The notes beneath the pieces were generated by a model. It worked only from the letters and a program-made list of their open reading frames with translations. It was not told where the DNA came from and ran no database searches. Both the position numbers and the translations under genes were made by a program. Source: Deltaproteobacteria bacterium (GTDB taxonomy: Bacteria > Desulfobacterota > Desulfobacteria > Desulfobacterales > SURF-7). From it: DNA of 38,867 bases. Below, one piece after another: positions 28,960-37,886 of the stretch (its first letter is position 1; each line of letters starts with the position of its first letter). The stretch covers positions 1 through 38,867 of the forward strand of contig JAFDJC010000003.1 of the NCBI GenBank assembly GCA_019307665.1, read 5' to 3'.

Positions 28960-29352
28960 ATGAAAGAAAAATTTGAAACAGTTAAGGCGTATCTTCATGA
29001 AATCGACATTGCCATTGTTGATGAAAATACGGATGAGGAACTGGTGGTGGTTGAAGACGAGGAAAACGGCATTAAAAACCTGATCATTGACTGCGAAGAG
29101 CCTATTATTGTTCTTGAACAGGTGATAATGGAGGTCCCTGGTGACGCAAAAGATCTTTTTAAGCGACTTCTTCAGATGAACCGAAATCTTGTTCACGGCG
29201 CATTTGTCCTGGATGAAGATGGAAAGGTTGTCATTTTTCGTGACACGCTTCAACTCGAAAATCTGGACAGAAATGAACTTGAGGGTTCAATTCATGCACT
29301 AAGTCTTGCACTTTCAGAATACGGATCGGAACTGCTGGAGTATGCAGCCTAA
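28960..29352 (+). CDS. YbjN/CesT-like chaperone-fold protein
   Basis: Acidic 130 aa, LLQMNRNLVHGAF.LD, FRDTLQLENLD.NE; directly upstream of pspA. Confidence 0.8.
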   Translation: MKEKFETVKAYLHEIDIAIVDENTDEELVVVEDEENGIKNLIIDCEEPIIVLEQVIMEVPGDAKDLFKRLLQMNRNLVHGAFVLDEDGKVVIFRDTLQLENLDRNELEGSIHALSLALSEYGSELLEYAA

Positions 29353-29429
29353 AACAAGTCAAAATTGACAGTGTCGTAAAAAAAACAGAGTTCATTTTTT
29401 AAAGTTTTTAACCACAGGAGGTATGACCA

Positions 29430-30137
29430 ATGTCATTATTCAACAGAATTTTCAAGCTGGGACAGTCCCATGCCCATACAGTTATTGATAAAATGGAAGA
29501 CCCGATTAAAATGACCGAACAGGGAATCCGAGACCTTAAAAAGGATCTCCAAGGCGCAATGCAGAGTCTTGCCGAAGTTAAAGGTGTCACCATCAGGACG
29601 AGGAAGGAGTCGGAAAACAATAAAAAACTTGCTGCAGACTATGAACGGAAAGCAATGCTTCTTCTTCAAAAAATGCAAAATGGTGAGCTCGATGCTTCGG
29701 AAGCGGAAAGGTTGGCCACTGAAGCACTTTCTAAAAAAGAGAGTCATGCAAACGAATCAATAAAAATGTCCCAGGAAGCGGAAAATAACCGGAAAATGTC
29801 AGACAGCCTTCAGTCAAATGTGAACAAACTGAAATCAACTATCTCCACCTATGAAAATGATCTTATCACCCTGAGAGCACGCGCCCGAACAGCAGCCTCC
29901 ACCAAGAAAATCAACAAACAGATCGCAAAAGTCGATTCCTCTGGGACTATCGCCATGCTTGAAAAAATGAGAGCAAAGGTGGAAGAAGATGAATCGCTTG
30001 CCCTGGCATACGGAGAAATGGCAACTGCTGATAGGAGTGTTGACGATGAGATAAATTCAGTGCTTTCCAGCGGGAAAAGTGTCACGTCTTCCGCCAGTCT
30101 GATAGAACTCAAACAAAAAATGGGCATTGCTTCATAA
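29430..30137 (+). CDS. PspA/IM30 family protein
   Basis: MSLFNRIF...EDPIKM.EQ.IRDL, long coiled coil, LEKMRAKV; SD AGGAGG. Confidence 0.93.
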   Translation: MSLFNRIFKLGQSHAHTVIDKMEDPIKMTEQGIRDLKKDLQGAMQSLAEVKGVTIRTRKESENNKKLAADYERKAMLLLQKMQNGELDASEAERLATEALSKKESHANESIKMSQEAENNRKMSDSLQSNVNKLKSTISTYENDLITLRARARTAASTKKINKQIAKVDSSGTIAMLEKMRAKVEEDESLALAYGEMATADRSVDDEINSVLSSGKSVTSSASLIELKQKMGIAS

Positions 30138-30138
30138 T

Positions 30139-30684
30139 ATGGGCTTTAAAGACTTTTTTAAAAAGAAAAAAACAGAAGACATCGACCCTTTGAAAGACCT
30201 TACACTTGTCAATCTCAGGGTCGGCTCGTATGTTGACTGGGATATGAATACCTGGGAAGTAACCGCATATAACCATTACGATTGGGGTTCCGGTGACGTA
30301 ACCCGCGAGTGGCAACTCACATCAAGTGATGAAACAATATACCTTGAACAGGAAACAGATGATGATATTTTCTGGAGCATAAACCGAAAGATATCTTTTA
30401 ATCGCTTAGGAACTGGTATCCGAAACCATATCCTTGAAAACGAAAACCCGCCTGATGAAATCGAATTTGAAGGAACACGCTATTTTCTTGAAGATTCAGC
30501 AGGGGGAAGTTTCTTCAAGGATGGAACCGGGACCGGACGTGAATTGATCAAATGGGAATACGAGGATGATTCGGGAAAAAAATACCTTTCAATCGAGCAA
30601 TGGGGAGAAGAAAGTTTCGAGGCATCTGTCGGCAAAGAAGTAGAAGAATACCAGTTTTCCAATATTCTGCCGCCTGCGTCATAA
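30139..30684 (+). CDS. DUF4178 domain protein
   Basis: LRVGSYVDWD...YDWG...EWQL...WEYEDD...LSIEQWGE; typical partner downstream of this pspA type. Confidence 0.75.
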   Translation: MGFKDFFKKKKTEDIDPLKDLTLVNLRVGSYVDWDMNTWEVTAYNHYDWGSGDVTREWQLTSSDETIYLEQETDDDIFWSINRKISFNRLGTGIRNHILENENPPDEIEFEGTRYFLEDSAGGSFFKDGTGTGRELIKWEYEDDSGKKYLSIEQWGEESFEASVGKEVEEYQFSNILPPAS

Positions 30685-30937
30685 GTATCCGTTTTACGCT
30701 TGGAGCATTTGTTGCAGCCTGATTTTCTATGACTGGACAACCAAATATATATCCAACTCTGCACTTCGCAATTGACATCAAATAGTTTTATTTTAGAATA
30801 ATTGTCAGTGGTCAAAGGGACTACAGAACCGAAGATTTGTTTCAACTGTGCATCGGTAGTTACCATGATTACCGAATCAAAATAAAAAGCCGCATAAACT
30901 TAGATGGGGCGAAGTTTTTTGATCCCAAATTTTCAAT

Positions 30938-31396
30938 TCATCTGTTCAACACTTTACGTATAGTTTCAGCGATTTCTTGTATTGAAATGGGTTTCATGAC
31001 AAAGGCGGCAATACCCAGTTTTTTGGCTTTTTCTTCATCTATAATGGCACTATGGCCCGTGCAGACAATTACAGGAAGGCCGGGACGAATTTTCACTATC
31101 TTTTCAAATAAGTTAAAGCCGGTCATATGCGGCATGGTCATGTCGGTCAATATCAAATCGAAATGATCGGGTTTCGACTGAAAAAGTGCCAATGCTTCAG
31201 ACGCACTCCCCTTGGTTTCAACCTGGTATCCGAGTCGTTCCAACATCCGCCGGACCACTTTAACGATTGCTTCATCATCATCCACAAAAAGTATTTTTTC
31301 ATTGCCGGTTGGTATTTTTTCAGGCGTTGCTTTTTTAACCTTGTCTGTGAATTCAACGTGAGCAGTATCCGTATCAGAAAAATATTTCACTTTCAT
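30938..31396 (-). CDS. Chimeric ORF: DUF2283-like antitoxin N-terminus fused to a receiver domain
   Basis: First about 19 aa MKVKYFSDTDTAHVEFTDK, then PTGNEKILFVDDD...DLILTDMTMP.MTG...CTGHS...MKP, the C-terminal REC of hybrid histidine kinases; SD AGGAGG. Confidence 0.8.
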   Translation of the reverse strand: MKVKYFSDTDTAHVEFTDKVKKATPEKIPTGNEKILFVDDDEAIVKVVRRMLERLGYQVETKGSASEALALFQSKPDHFDLILTDMTMPHMTGFNLFEKIVKIRPGLPVIVCTGHSAIIDEEKAKKLGIAAFVMKPISIQEIAETIRKVLNR

Positions 31397-31399
31397 GTT

Positions 31400-31635
31400 T
31401 TATTCCTCCTTGTATGATCTGTCGAAAAATGCGTTATGAATCGTTTCGCCGTCTTCGAGCGAGATAACCCTCAAATATTTTTCTGCTTCTGATATTTTGG
31501 CCCATTTCCTGATCCTGCCATCAGATTGGATTCTGCCTTATCAGGTTTCTCAACAACCGATTTTATCCAATCCTCTTTGGCCTGAGCACGATCCGGGCGT
31601 TTCCTCGTATAATCAAAATATTGCGTGGTTTTCAT
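31400..31635 (-). pseudogene. Frameshifted small toxin-like gene (DUF4258/RelE-like partner of DUF2283)
   Basis: MKTTQYFDYTRKRPDRAQAKEDWIKSVVEKPDKAE, one base missing near 31531, then QSDGRIRKWAKISEAEKYLRVISLEDGETIHNAFFDRSYKEE* ending 3 nt before the next ATG. Confidence 0.8.
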
Positions 31636-31771
31636 TTATCATATTCCAGATATATTATTTGATAGTGCCGAACATTATTAATGTACAGACCGGTCTCGAA
31701 CACACGCCTTTTTCTCAACTTTTTCGCATAATATTGAATATGACGAATTGTCCAACATTTTTTTATTTTTT

Positions 31772-31824
31772 TGTCAATAGCATTTTAAACTGTCCGGTTT
31801 TCATAGCAAGTGAAATGTCCGGTT
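31772..31824 (+). mobile_element. Orphan IS end, IS1202/ISNCY-like (or IS21-like)
   Basis: Begins TGT, then two direct repeats TAGCA-N-AA(C/A)TGTCCGGTT (31778-31799, 31804-31824); no transposase nearby. Confidence 0.5.
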
Positions 31825-31954
31825 ATAGAAAATTTCAATCGCACTCCGTTTATAGTGATTATCATAAATATTTTCCGATTAGTTTTTGGAAATATAAACA
31901 GAGAAGGCAACTATGGTTCTTTGAAATTCATATATTTTCAATAGGTTGTAATGG

Positions 31955-32109
31955 GGGTGGCCCAGACAACTTGTTGTCTGGGTGCAAAGCACAAGAAGCT
32001 TTGAATGGGCGTAAATTTTGAGAACAGCACAAGAAGCTTTGAATGGGCGTAAATTTTGAGAACAGCTTCTTGCCTTTCGGGCACCGGCAACGAGTTGCCG
32101 GTGTTACCC
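31955..32109. repeat. REPIN-like element: two related palindromes in inverted orientation
   Basis: GGGTGG-CCCAGACAAC-TT-GTTGTCTGGG and CACCGGCAAC-GA-GTTGCCGGTG-TTACCC, each with a perfect 10-bp stem. Confidence 0.75.
31988..32066. repeat. Perfect 38-bp tandem duplication
   Basis: AGCACAAGAAGCTTTGAATGGGCGTAAATTTTGAGAAC at 31988 and 32026, followed by AGC. Confidence 0.97.
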
Positions 32110-32172
32110 AATGCATAAATCCCTTTCATGGAAACGGAACGTTATTATGACAACCACTATAAATAAAAAATA

Positions 32173-32697
32173 TTACCCTTCAGACTGGTAAGATATGAAG
32201 TGCGCCTGATTGCGCCCCATCTCTTTTGCTTTATAAAGTGCCTTATCTGCGCCGGCAATCAGCGCCTCAGGCTTATTATTAATATTTTGTTTATGAGCAA
32301 ATCCCCATGAAAATGTTAGACCAAATTTTTCCGCTCCACCTATTCGAACCGCTGCATGAAAAGCAGAAGCGCACCATTCACTCATATCTGCCTTGGTCAC
32401 CAGGTTGCTGAAAAATTTTAAGTCCACCCGCTTTCTCTCGATTTCATTTCCCTGCTCCCCATAACCGTAGCAAAGGTCGTGTGGCAAACAGCATTTGTAA
32501 GTAATATCCTCCCAGTTACAACCAGTGAATAAACCCATTACTTCATCCGGCAAGCCCGAACATCCATCGAACTTCCAATTCTTATAGCTTTCCGAATCGT
32601 GTTCAATTCGTTCAACCAGATAATCCAGGCCGAAATATCGACATAGTTCTAATGCCTCGCTTGCGGTTATAATATCGCCGATTTCAGGTAACTTCAT
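32173..32697 (-). CDS. Phospholipase A2-like (His-Asp) protein with a GGDEF-derived C-terminal tail
   Basis: FDGCSG...CCLPHDLCYGYG...RKRVDLKF...AVRIGG...SWGF, then PEALIAGADKALYKAKEMGRNQ. Confidence 0.65.
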   Translation of the reverse strand: MKLPEIGDIITASEALELCRYFGLDYLVERIEHDSESYKNWKFDGCSGLPDEVMGLFTGCNWEDITYKCCLPHDLCYGYGEQGNEIERKRVDLKFFSNLVTKADMSEWCASAFHAAVRIGGAEKFGLTFSWGFAHKQNINNKPEALIAGADKALYKAKEMGRNQAHFISYQSEG

Positions 32698-32713
32698 TTT
32701 TTCTCCCGTTTTT

Positions 32714-33643
32714 TCAATAGCTCTTTAACATATCCATAACCATAACGAAGTGCGCTTTGGCAGCTAACTGAAATTTGTACCAATGGGTGTTTTCAAAATT
32801 TGCAGAGGCCTCAAGATCTTCTCCTTCTCGATCTTTAACGGCCCCATCAACCCATTCATCTTTGTTGTAGCCGAGATCTGGTTTGTTCACATATTCTTTA
32901 ACCTTATTGACTCTGTCATCATAATCTTCAGAATTAATTATTCTTCTGAAGTCTTTTTCGACATGCATCCAGTAAATTTTCCCTTTTCGTGAAGTCCTAA
33001 GTTCCTGAAAAATTCGCTTGCAAGCCTGAATCGCTATTTTCTGATTGTTTCTTTTACGATATGGTTTATCAAAGCGATAGTCATTCCAGGTTGTGGATAT
33101 TTCATCCGGCAAATGACCAACATCAGCGTGACCGATATTCAGTGCTAAAGACCGAAATGGATTACGCCAGTGAAAAACGGAGTTCCAATCTTCCTCATAC
33201 CCTGTAAAATTTTGATGAGACCATGTATCAGCAAACGTATGAATGGCAATCCCGGTTCTATAGAGATCGCCTGTGTTCAGTGCTGTTTTTATAAGTTTTC
33301 GGGCATTTTGGGAGTCAGGGGTTGTGCTGTATTTATTATGTACGCCTTTAATTGGCCGAATATTATCGCCAGGCAAGAAATGAAACGGAACATAAACAAA
33401 TTTTTGAATCTCATATACAAGAGATTTCACCGACATGGACTGCGTCATAACGGGCCGGTAGAATCCGCGATTAGTCTTTATGCCAAATGGAAATTGTGGT
33501 GGACCATCTTTTTTGGGATACTGACTTTCATTATTGTCATCTACATACTGAGAGGCATAAGCAATGACATATGATTCATCGTTGCTGAAACCTGCCTTGT
33601 TGGCCAATGCATAGGTTACATAAAAATGAAAATCCTTTTCCAT
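32714..33643 (-). CDS. DUF6765-like protein, possible Zn-dependent phospholipase C/P1-nuclease fold
   Basis: MEKDFHFYVTY..A.KAGF, IAYASQYVDDN, PFHFLPG, GIAIHTFADTWSHQNF, IGHA; SD AGGAGG. Confidence 0.75.
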   Translation of the reverse strand: MEKDFHFYVTYALANKAGFSNDESYVIAYASQYVDDNNESQYPKKDGPPQFPFGIKTNRGFYRPVMTQSMSVKSLVYEIQKFVYVPFHFLPGDNIRPIKGVHNKYSTTPDSQNARKLIKTALNTGDLYRTGIAIHTFADTWSHQNFTGYEEDWNSVFHWRNPFRSLALNIGHADVGHLPDEISTTWNDYRFDKPYRKRNNQKIAIQACKRIFQELRTSRKGKIYWMHVEKDFRRIINSEDYDDRVNKVKEYVNKPDLGYNKDEWVDGAVKDREGEDLEASANFENTHWYKFQLAAKAHFVMVMDMLKSY

Positions 33644-33846
33644 TCATCACCTCCTGCTGATTTTTTATACCTGTTTAACTTACCATAATACAAGCCAGTG
33701 AAAAGTAAAGTTGCGATAGGAGCGATATTTTTAACTGTACGAGTTGATATATCTTGTTAAATGCCTAAAGTCTGCTTATGATACACACTTGTATGTGTCA
33801 AGCGAAAATCGCATTATAATATAGAGGATCGGGTTTTAAAAAGGCG

Positions 33847-33886
33847 AAAAAAAGGGCGTTCCGAATCATTTCGGAACGCCCTTTTT
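33847..33886 (-). terminator. Intrinsic terminator downstream of dsrP (symmetric, could act in both directions)
   Basis: A7-GGGCGTTCCGAA-TCAT-TTCGGAACGCCC-T5, perfect 12-bp stem. Confidence 0.92.
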
Positions 33887-33913
33887 AAAACTATATCACT
33901 GTATGTTGGCTGA

Positions 33914-35071
33914 CTATGCCGCCACTTCTCTCTTAACCGATACAGCAATTTTAAAAAGGATTGTAAGTATCAAAAAACCGGCACACCATATACCGGCTGT
34001 AATGATCAGTTCCGGAATTGACGGTACATATTCGTTTACCTGGTGGAGTGGAGACGGTACAAACCCGCCTGCGATCATGCCCAGTCCCTTGTCTATCCAT
34101 GTCCCAACAAACACACATATCAATGCAACAATTAATGTAGTCTCGTTGTTCCTTGTTACAGGTGGAACAAGCAGAATAATAGCGATCACCATCAGTATCA
34201 TCGAAGTCCACATCCAGGGGACAAGCACGCCATGTCCGTGCAAACCAAAAAACAGATACTTCAAGTGGTCGATATGCTCGGGAATGCCGCTGTACATGGC
34301 AACAAAAACTTCACAGATAAAGAAAAAGACATTGGCAATAATGGCATAGGTCACTATTTTTGAAACCGTCTGGATCGCTTTTTTGCCCGGATCAAAATCG
34401 GTTACTTTTCTTATGATAAAACAGATGAGAAGCAGGAAGGCAGGTCCTGCGGCAAATGCTGAAGCAAGAAACCGTGGTGCCAGAATTGCTGTGAGCCAGA
34501 ACCCTCTTCCCGGTAGGCCGCAGTACAACCATGCTGTAACCGTATGGATACCGAATGCCCAGGGAATCGACAGATAGATAACCGGTTTTATCCATTTAGG
34601 GGGTGCCACCGCATTCCGTTCCGCTTCAAGGACTATCCAGCCTATGATTATATTCAAAAACAGATAGCCGTTCAGCACAATCATGTCCCAAAACAGCATT
34701 GAATATGGTGTCGGGTATAGCAACACATTAAATGCACGCATCGGCTGCCCCAGGTCGGCAATGATAAACATCAGGCACATACTGACTGCAGCTATCGCAA
34801 GAAATTCACCCAGGATGGTAATCTTCCCAAAGGCCTTGTGGTCATGTAAATAATAGGGAAGAACCAGCATCACGCCTCCTGCCGCAACACCGACAAGGAA
34901 TGTAAACTGTGCAATGTAGAACCCCCAGGAAACATCACGGCTCATGCCCGTCAAACCCAGACCAAAGCTGAGCTGTTTCAAATAAACGGCAAAACCGACG
35001 CTTACGACACCGAGGAGTGCCAGCACCCATATCCAGTACTTTTTGGTTCCTTTTAACGCAAGTTCAAGCAT
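33914..35071 (-). CDS. dsrP: DsrP, NrfD-family membrane subunit
   Basis: TGMSRDVSWGFYIAQFTFLVGVAA, DLGQP.R, IHTVTA, APRFLASAFAAGPA; last gene of dsrMKJOP. Confidence 0.95.
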   Translation of the reverse strand: MLELALKGTKKYWIWVLALLGVVSVGFAVYLKQLSFGLGLTGMSRDVSWGFYIAQFTFLVGVAAGGVMLVLPYYLHDHKAFGKITILGEFLAIAAVSMCLMFIIADLGQPMRAFNVLLYPTPYSMLFWDMIVLNGYLFLNIIIGWIVLEAERNAVAPPKWIKPVIYLSIPWAFGIHTVTAWLYCGLPGRGFWLTAILAPRFLASAFAAGPAFLLLICFIIRKVTDFDPGKKAIQTVSKIVTYAIIANVFFFICEVFVAMYSGIPEHIDHLKYLFFGLHGHGVLVPWMWTSMILMVIAIILLVPPVTRNNETTLIVALICVFVGTWIDKGLGMIAGGFVPSPLHQVNEYVPSIPELIITAGIWCAGFLILTILFKIAVSVKREVAA

Positions 35072-35078
35072 AATAACC

Positions 35079-35870
35079 TCACACTATGTAATAAACCGAA
35101 GGCCCTGTTCCCAGGCCCTGTTTCCGCCGAATGGAATAATTTGACGCCAGAAGCTTCCTGACTCCTGATTCCGGATCTCCCAGGTCACCGAATGCAATAA
35201 TTCCGTTTGAAACCTCAACACATGCCGGCTCTTTGCCAACCGCAAGCCTTTCAGCGCAAAAATTGCATTTCTCCACAACACCTTTCATTCTTGTTGGAAA
35301 CCCGGGGTCTGTTTCTTCTATAAAAGGTCTTGGATCCCTGAAATTAAAACTTCTTGATCCATATGGACATGCTGCCATACAGAATCTGCAGCCTATGCAC
35401 CTGTGAAAGTCCATCAGGACGATCCCGTCTTCCCGCTTAAACGTCGCCTTGGTAGGGCATGCCTGCACGCAGGAGGGTTCCTCGCAGTGATTACAAAGCA
35501 CCAGGAACGGCAGGTCTTTTATCCTATCGTTGAGATATTTATTCTCCTTACCTGGAAAGGCGTTTTTATATTTTGTACCCCAGATCCATTTTATTTCATG
35601 GCGCACGTTTTCAAGTTCAGGAACATTATGGATTTTATGGCATGCACTGATTATCGGATAGAGATCATCTTCAGAATTGATCTTTCGGGTATCGATAACC
35701 ATGCCCCAATGTTTTGCTGTCCTGCTGTTTTTACCTTGGGATGTTGCCGGTTCTGCCTTTTCTACATGCTCTTCCGATGAGGCAAACGCATTAAAAACAG
35801 GTTTTGCGCCGATGCCAAGGGCTGAAATTCCAGCTATTTTCAAGAAGCTTCTTCTGCTTTTTTCCATCAC
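35079..35870 (-). CDS. dsrO: DsrO, Tat-exported iron-sulfur subunit
   Basis: SRRSFLK Tat motif; CNHCEEPSCVQACP, CIGCRFCMAACP, KCNFC. Confidence 0.95.
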   Translation of the reverse strand: MMEKSRRSFLKIAGISALGIGAKPVFNAFASSEEHVEKAEPATSQGKNSRTAKHWGMVIDTRKINSEDDLYPIISACHKIHNVPELENVRHEIKWIWGTKYKNAFPGKENKYLNDRIKDLPFLVLCNHCEEPSCVQACPTKATFKREDGIVLMDFHRCIGCRFCMAACPYGSRSFNFRDPRPFIEETDPGFPTRMKGVVEKCNFCAERLAVGKEPACVEVSNGIIAFGDLGDPESGVRKLLASNYSIRRKQGLGTGPSVYYIV

Positions 35871-36262
35871 TTCTTCTCCTTTGGGTCAATATGGCAATCC
35901 CAGCAGTAAGGGTCCACCGAAGCATAATTGTGACACCTGTCACAAAATTCGGCTTTGTTTGAATGACATCCCAGACATGATTCTTCCCCGGTGGAAAGGC
36001 TCATGTTATAGACTCTTCCGCTACTGCTAGTATAAACTCTTTCGCCTTCTCTTACGACCGCATTTCGCCAGATATCAAGAATCTGCATGTGTCCGCCCTT
36101 CATTTCCGCTTTGGGCAAAACACAATATTTTGCAGCCTTTGCCCTTTTGGAAAGTTCCGGTTCAGGCGCTGGTGCCGCCTTTCCGAAATTAAACCAGAAC
36201 GGCGTCAAAGCTGCTGCAAAAAAGATAATCAGACCGGCAATGATAAATTTTTTATCATTCAT
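35867..36262 (-). CDS. dsrJ: DsrJ, triheme cytochrome c
   Basis: CLGCH, CDRCH, CWDCH; N-terminal TM; GGAGG 9 nt before ATG 36262. Confidence 0.93.
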   Translation of the reverse strand: MNDKKFIIAGLIIFFAAALTPFWFNFGKAAPAPEPELSKRAKAAKYCVLPKAEMKGGHMQILDIWRNAVVREGERVYTSSSGRVYNMSLSTGEESCLGCHSNKAEFCDRCHNYASVDPYCWDCHIDPKEKK

Positions 36263-37886
36263 CAGTATCATCCTCCATTCCAGGGAGCGTTTCCCCGCGC
36301 AGGTCCATTGTTGTCTCAGTCCTATCAGGATGCACAAGGGCATTTGCTACCATTTCGTGCAGTCCTGTGACATCTACTTCAGGAACCCAGTAATTCATCA
36401 AATCAGGAAATACCGCCCTGTCAATCGCGCATATGGTCACGAGCATATTCACACCGTGTTTTTCGTGAACATGTTTGACGGCATTAGCTCTCGGAAGGCC
36501 GCCTGCCATCCTTAACTCCATATCTTCACCGGCATTCAGACCTGCTCCGCTTCCACAGCAGAATGTCTGTTCCCGGATCGTGTTCTCCGGCATCTCGTAA
36601 AAATTATTGCATACATTTTGAATGACGTACCTTGGTTCATCAAGCAAACCCATTCCGCGGGCTGGATTGCATGAGTCGTGAAACGTAACGCTCAAATGAT
36701 CGTTCCGGCTCGGATCAAGTTTCAGCTTGTTATGTTTGATAAGGTCTGCTGTAAATTCTGCGATATGAACCATTTTTGTCGACTTTGCATTCTCAAATTT
36801 GGTTCCGGTAATCGGAGAAACCGGTTCCTCGAGAAAATCAGCAGGGCCGTTCATTGTATCCATGTACTGATTGATGACCCGCCACATATGGCCGCATTCG
36901 CCACCCAGAATCCATTTAACACCAAGGCGCTTGGCTTCCGAATACATCTTGGCATTGAGCCGTTTCATTGTCTCATGAGATGTAAAAAAACCGAAATTAC
37001 CGCCCTCCGAAGCATACGTACTCCAGGTGACATTAAATCCATATTCCTTTTCCAGGTAGTCGAAAAGAAGCATGTACCCCATGCAGGTATAGGTCCCGGG
37101 ATCTGCAAAAACATCACCCGACGGTGTTATAAAAAGAATATCAGCTCCTTTTTTATTATACGTCGAATTAACTTTTATGCCGGTGACTTCTTCTATGTCT
37201 TCCTCGAAAAAATCGAGCATATCTTTAAATGCGTGGGGCTGTATGCCAAGATGGTTGCCTGTCCTGAAACAGTTTGCCACCGGAGTCGCAATCCAGTCTA
37301 TATTGAGCCCGATGAGATTTAGAAGTTCCCTGCCCATAATCGTTATCTCTGCCGTATCGATTCCATACGGACAGAAAACCGAACATCTGCGGCACTCAGA
37401 ACACTGAAAAAAATAGTACCACCATTCTTTTAAAACATCGAGTGTCAAGGGCCTGGCGCCTGCAATCTTTCCTAAAATTTTGCCGGCTTTTGTAAAATCA
37501 TTTCTGTATACCGACCGTAATAGTTCGGCACGAACAACCGGCATATTTTTGGGATCGCCTGTTCCAATAAAATAATGGCATTTATCGGCACATGCCCCGC
37601 ACCTTACACAAATGTCCATAAAGACTTTGAATGACCGAAATTTATCCAGCCGCTCCCTGAAGCCTTCGTAAATAATCTCTTTCCAGTTTTCAGGAAGTTT
37701 CCAGTCTTCATCCAGCGGGTTCCATTCCCTTGGATTTGGAAGGCCCAGATACTCAACGCTCTTGGGATTTGACGCGTAGCAGTACATCCCTTTCCTGATG
37801 TTTATCGGCGTATCCATCCACCCTGTTGAAGGCGTATTGTGATCAACCTGAATCAACTCTTCTGCTTTTGGAAGTTCTTCTGACAT
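36255..37886 (-). CDS. dsrK: DsrK, HdrD-like catalytic Fe-S subunit
   Basis: CVRCGACADKC, CSECRRCSVFCP, GECGHMWR, HDSCN, CCGSG. Confidence 0.97.
   Translation of the reverse strand: MSEELPKAEELIQVDHNTPSTGWMDTPINIRKGMYCYASNPKSVEYLGLPNPREWNPLDEDWKLPENWKEIIYEGFRERLDKFRSFKVFMDICVRCGACADKCHYFIGTGDPKNMPVVRAELLRSVYRNDFTKAGKILGKIAGARPLTLDVLKEWWYYFFQCSECRRCSVFCPYGIDTAEITIMGRELLNLIGLNIDWIATPVANCFRTGNHLGIQPHAFKDMLDFFEEDIEEVTGIKVNSTYNKKGADILFITPSGDVFADPGTYTCMGYMLLFDYLEKEYGFNVTWSTYASEGGNFGFFTSHETMKRLNAKMYSEAKRLGVKWILGGECGHMWRVINQYMDTMNGPADFLEEPVSPITGTKFENAKSTKMVHIAEFTADLIKHNKLKLDPSRNDHLSVTFHDSCNPARGMGLLDEPRYVIQNVCNNFYEMPENTIREQTFCCGSGAGLNAGEDMELRMAGGLPRANAVKHVHEKHGVNMLVTICAIDRAVFPDLMNYWVPEVDVTGLHEMVANALVHPDRTETTMDLRGETLPGMEDDTDE

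Noticed and set aside
30480-30866. Minus-strand ORFs after DUF4178
   Set aside because: They overlap a real gene on the opposite strand and show no recognisable motif; a gene remnant cannot be excluded.
31471-31635. Programmed frameshift in the toxin-like gene
   Set aside because: No slippery run at the shift site; simple 1-nt loss fits better.
31497-32021. 174-aa plus-strand ORF
   Set aside because: Runs antisense across the toxin pseudogene and through the IS end and repeats; TTG start and implausible composition.
31988-32066. Possible mini-CRISPR or target-site duplication
   Set aside because: Two adjacent copies with no spacer or intervening element; slippage at AGC is simpler.
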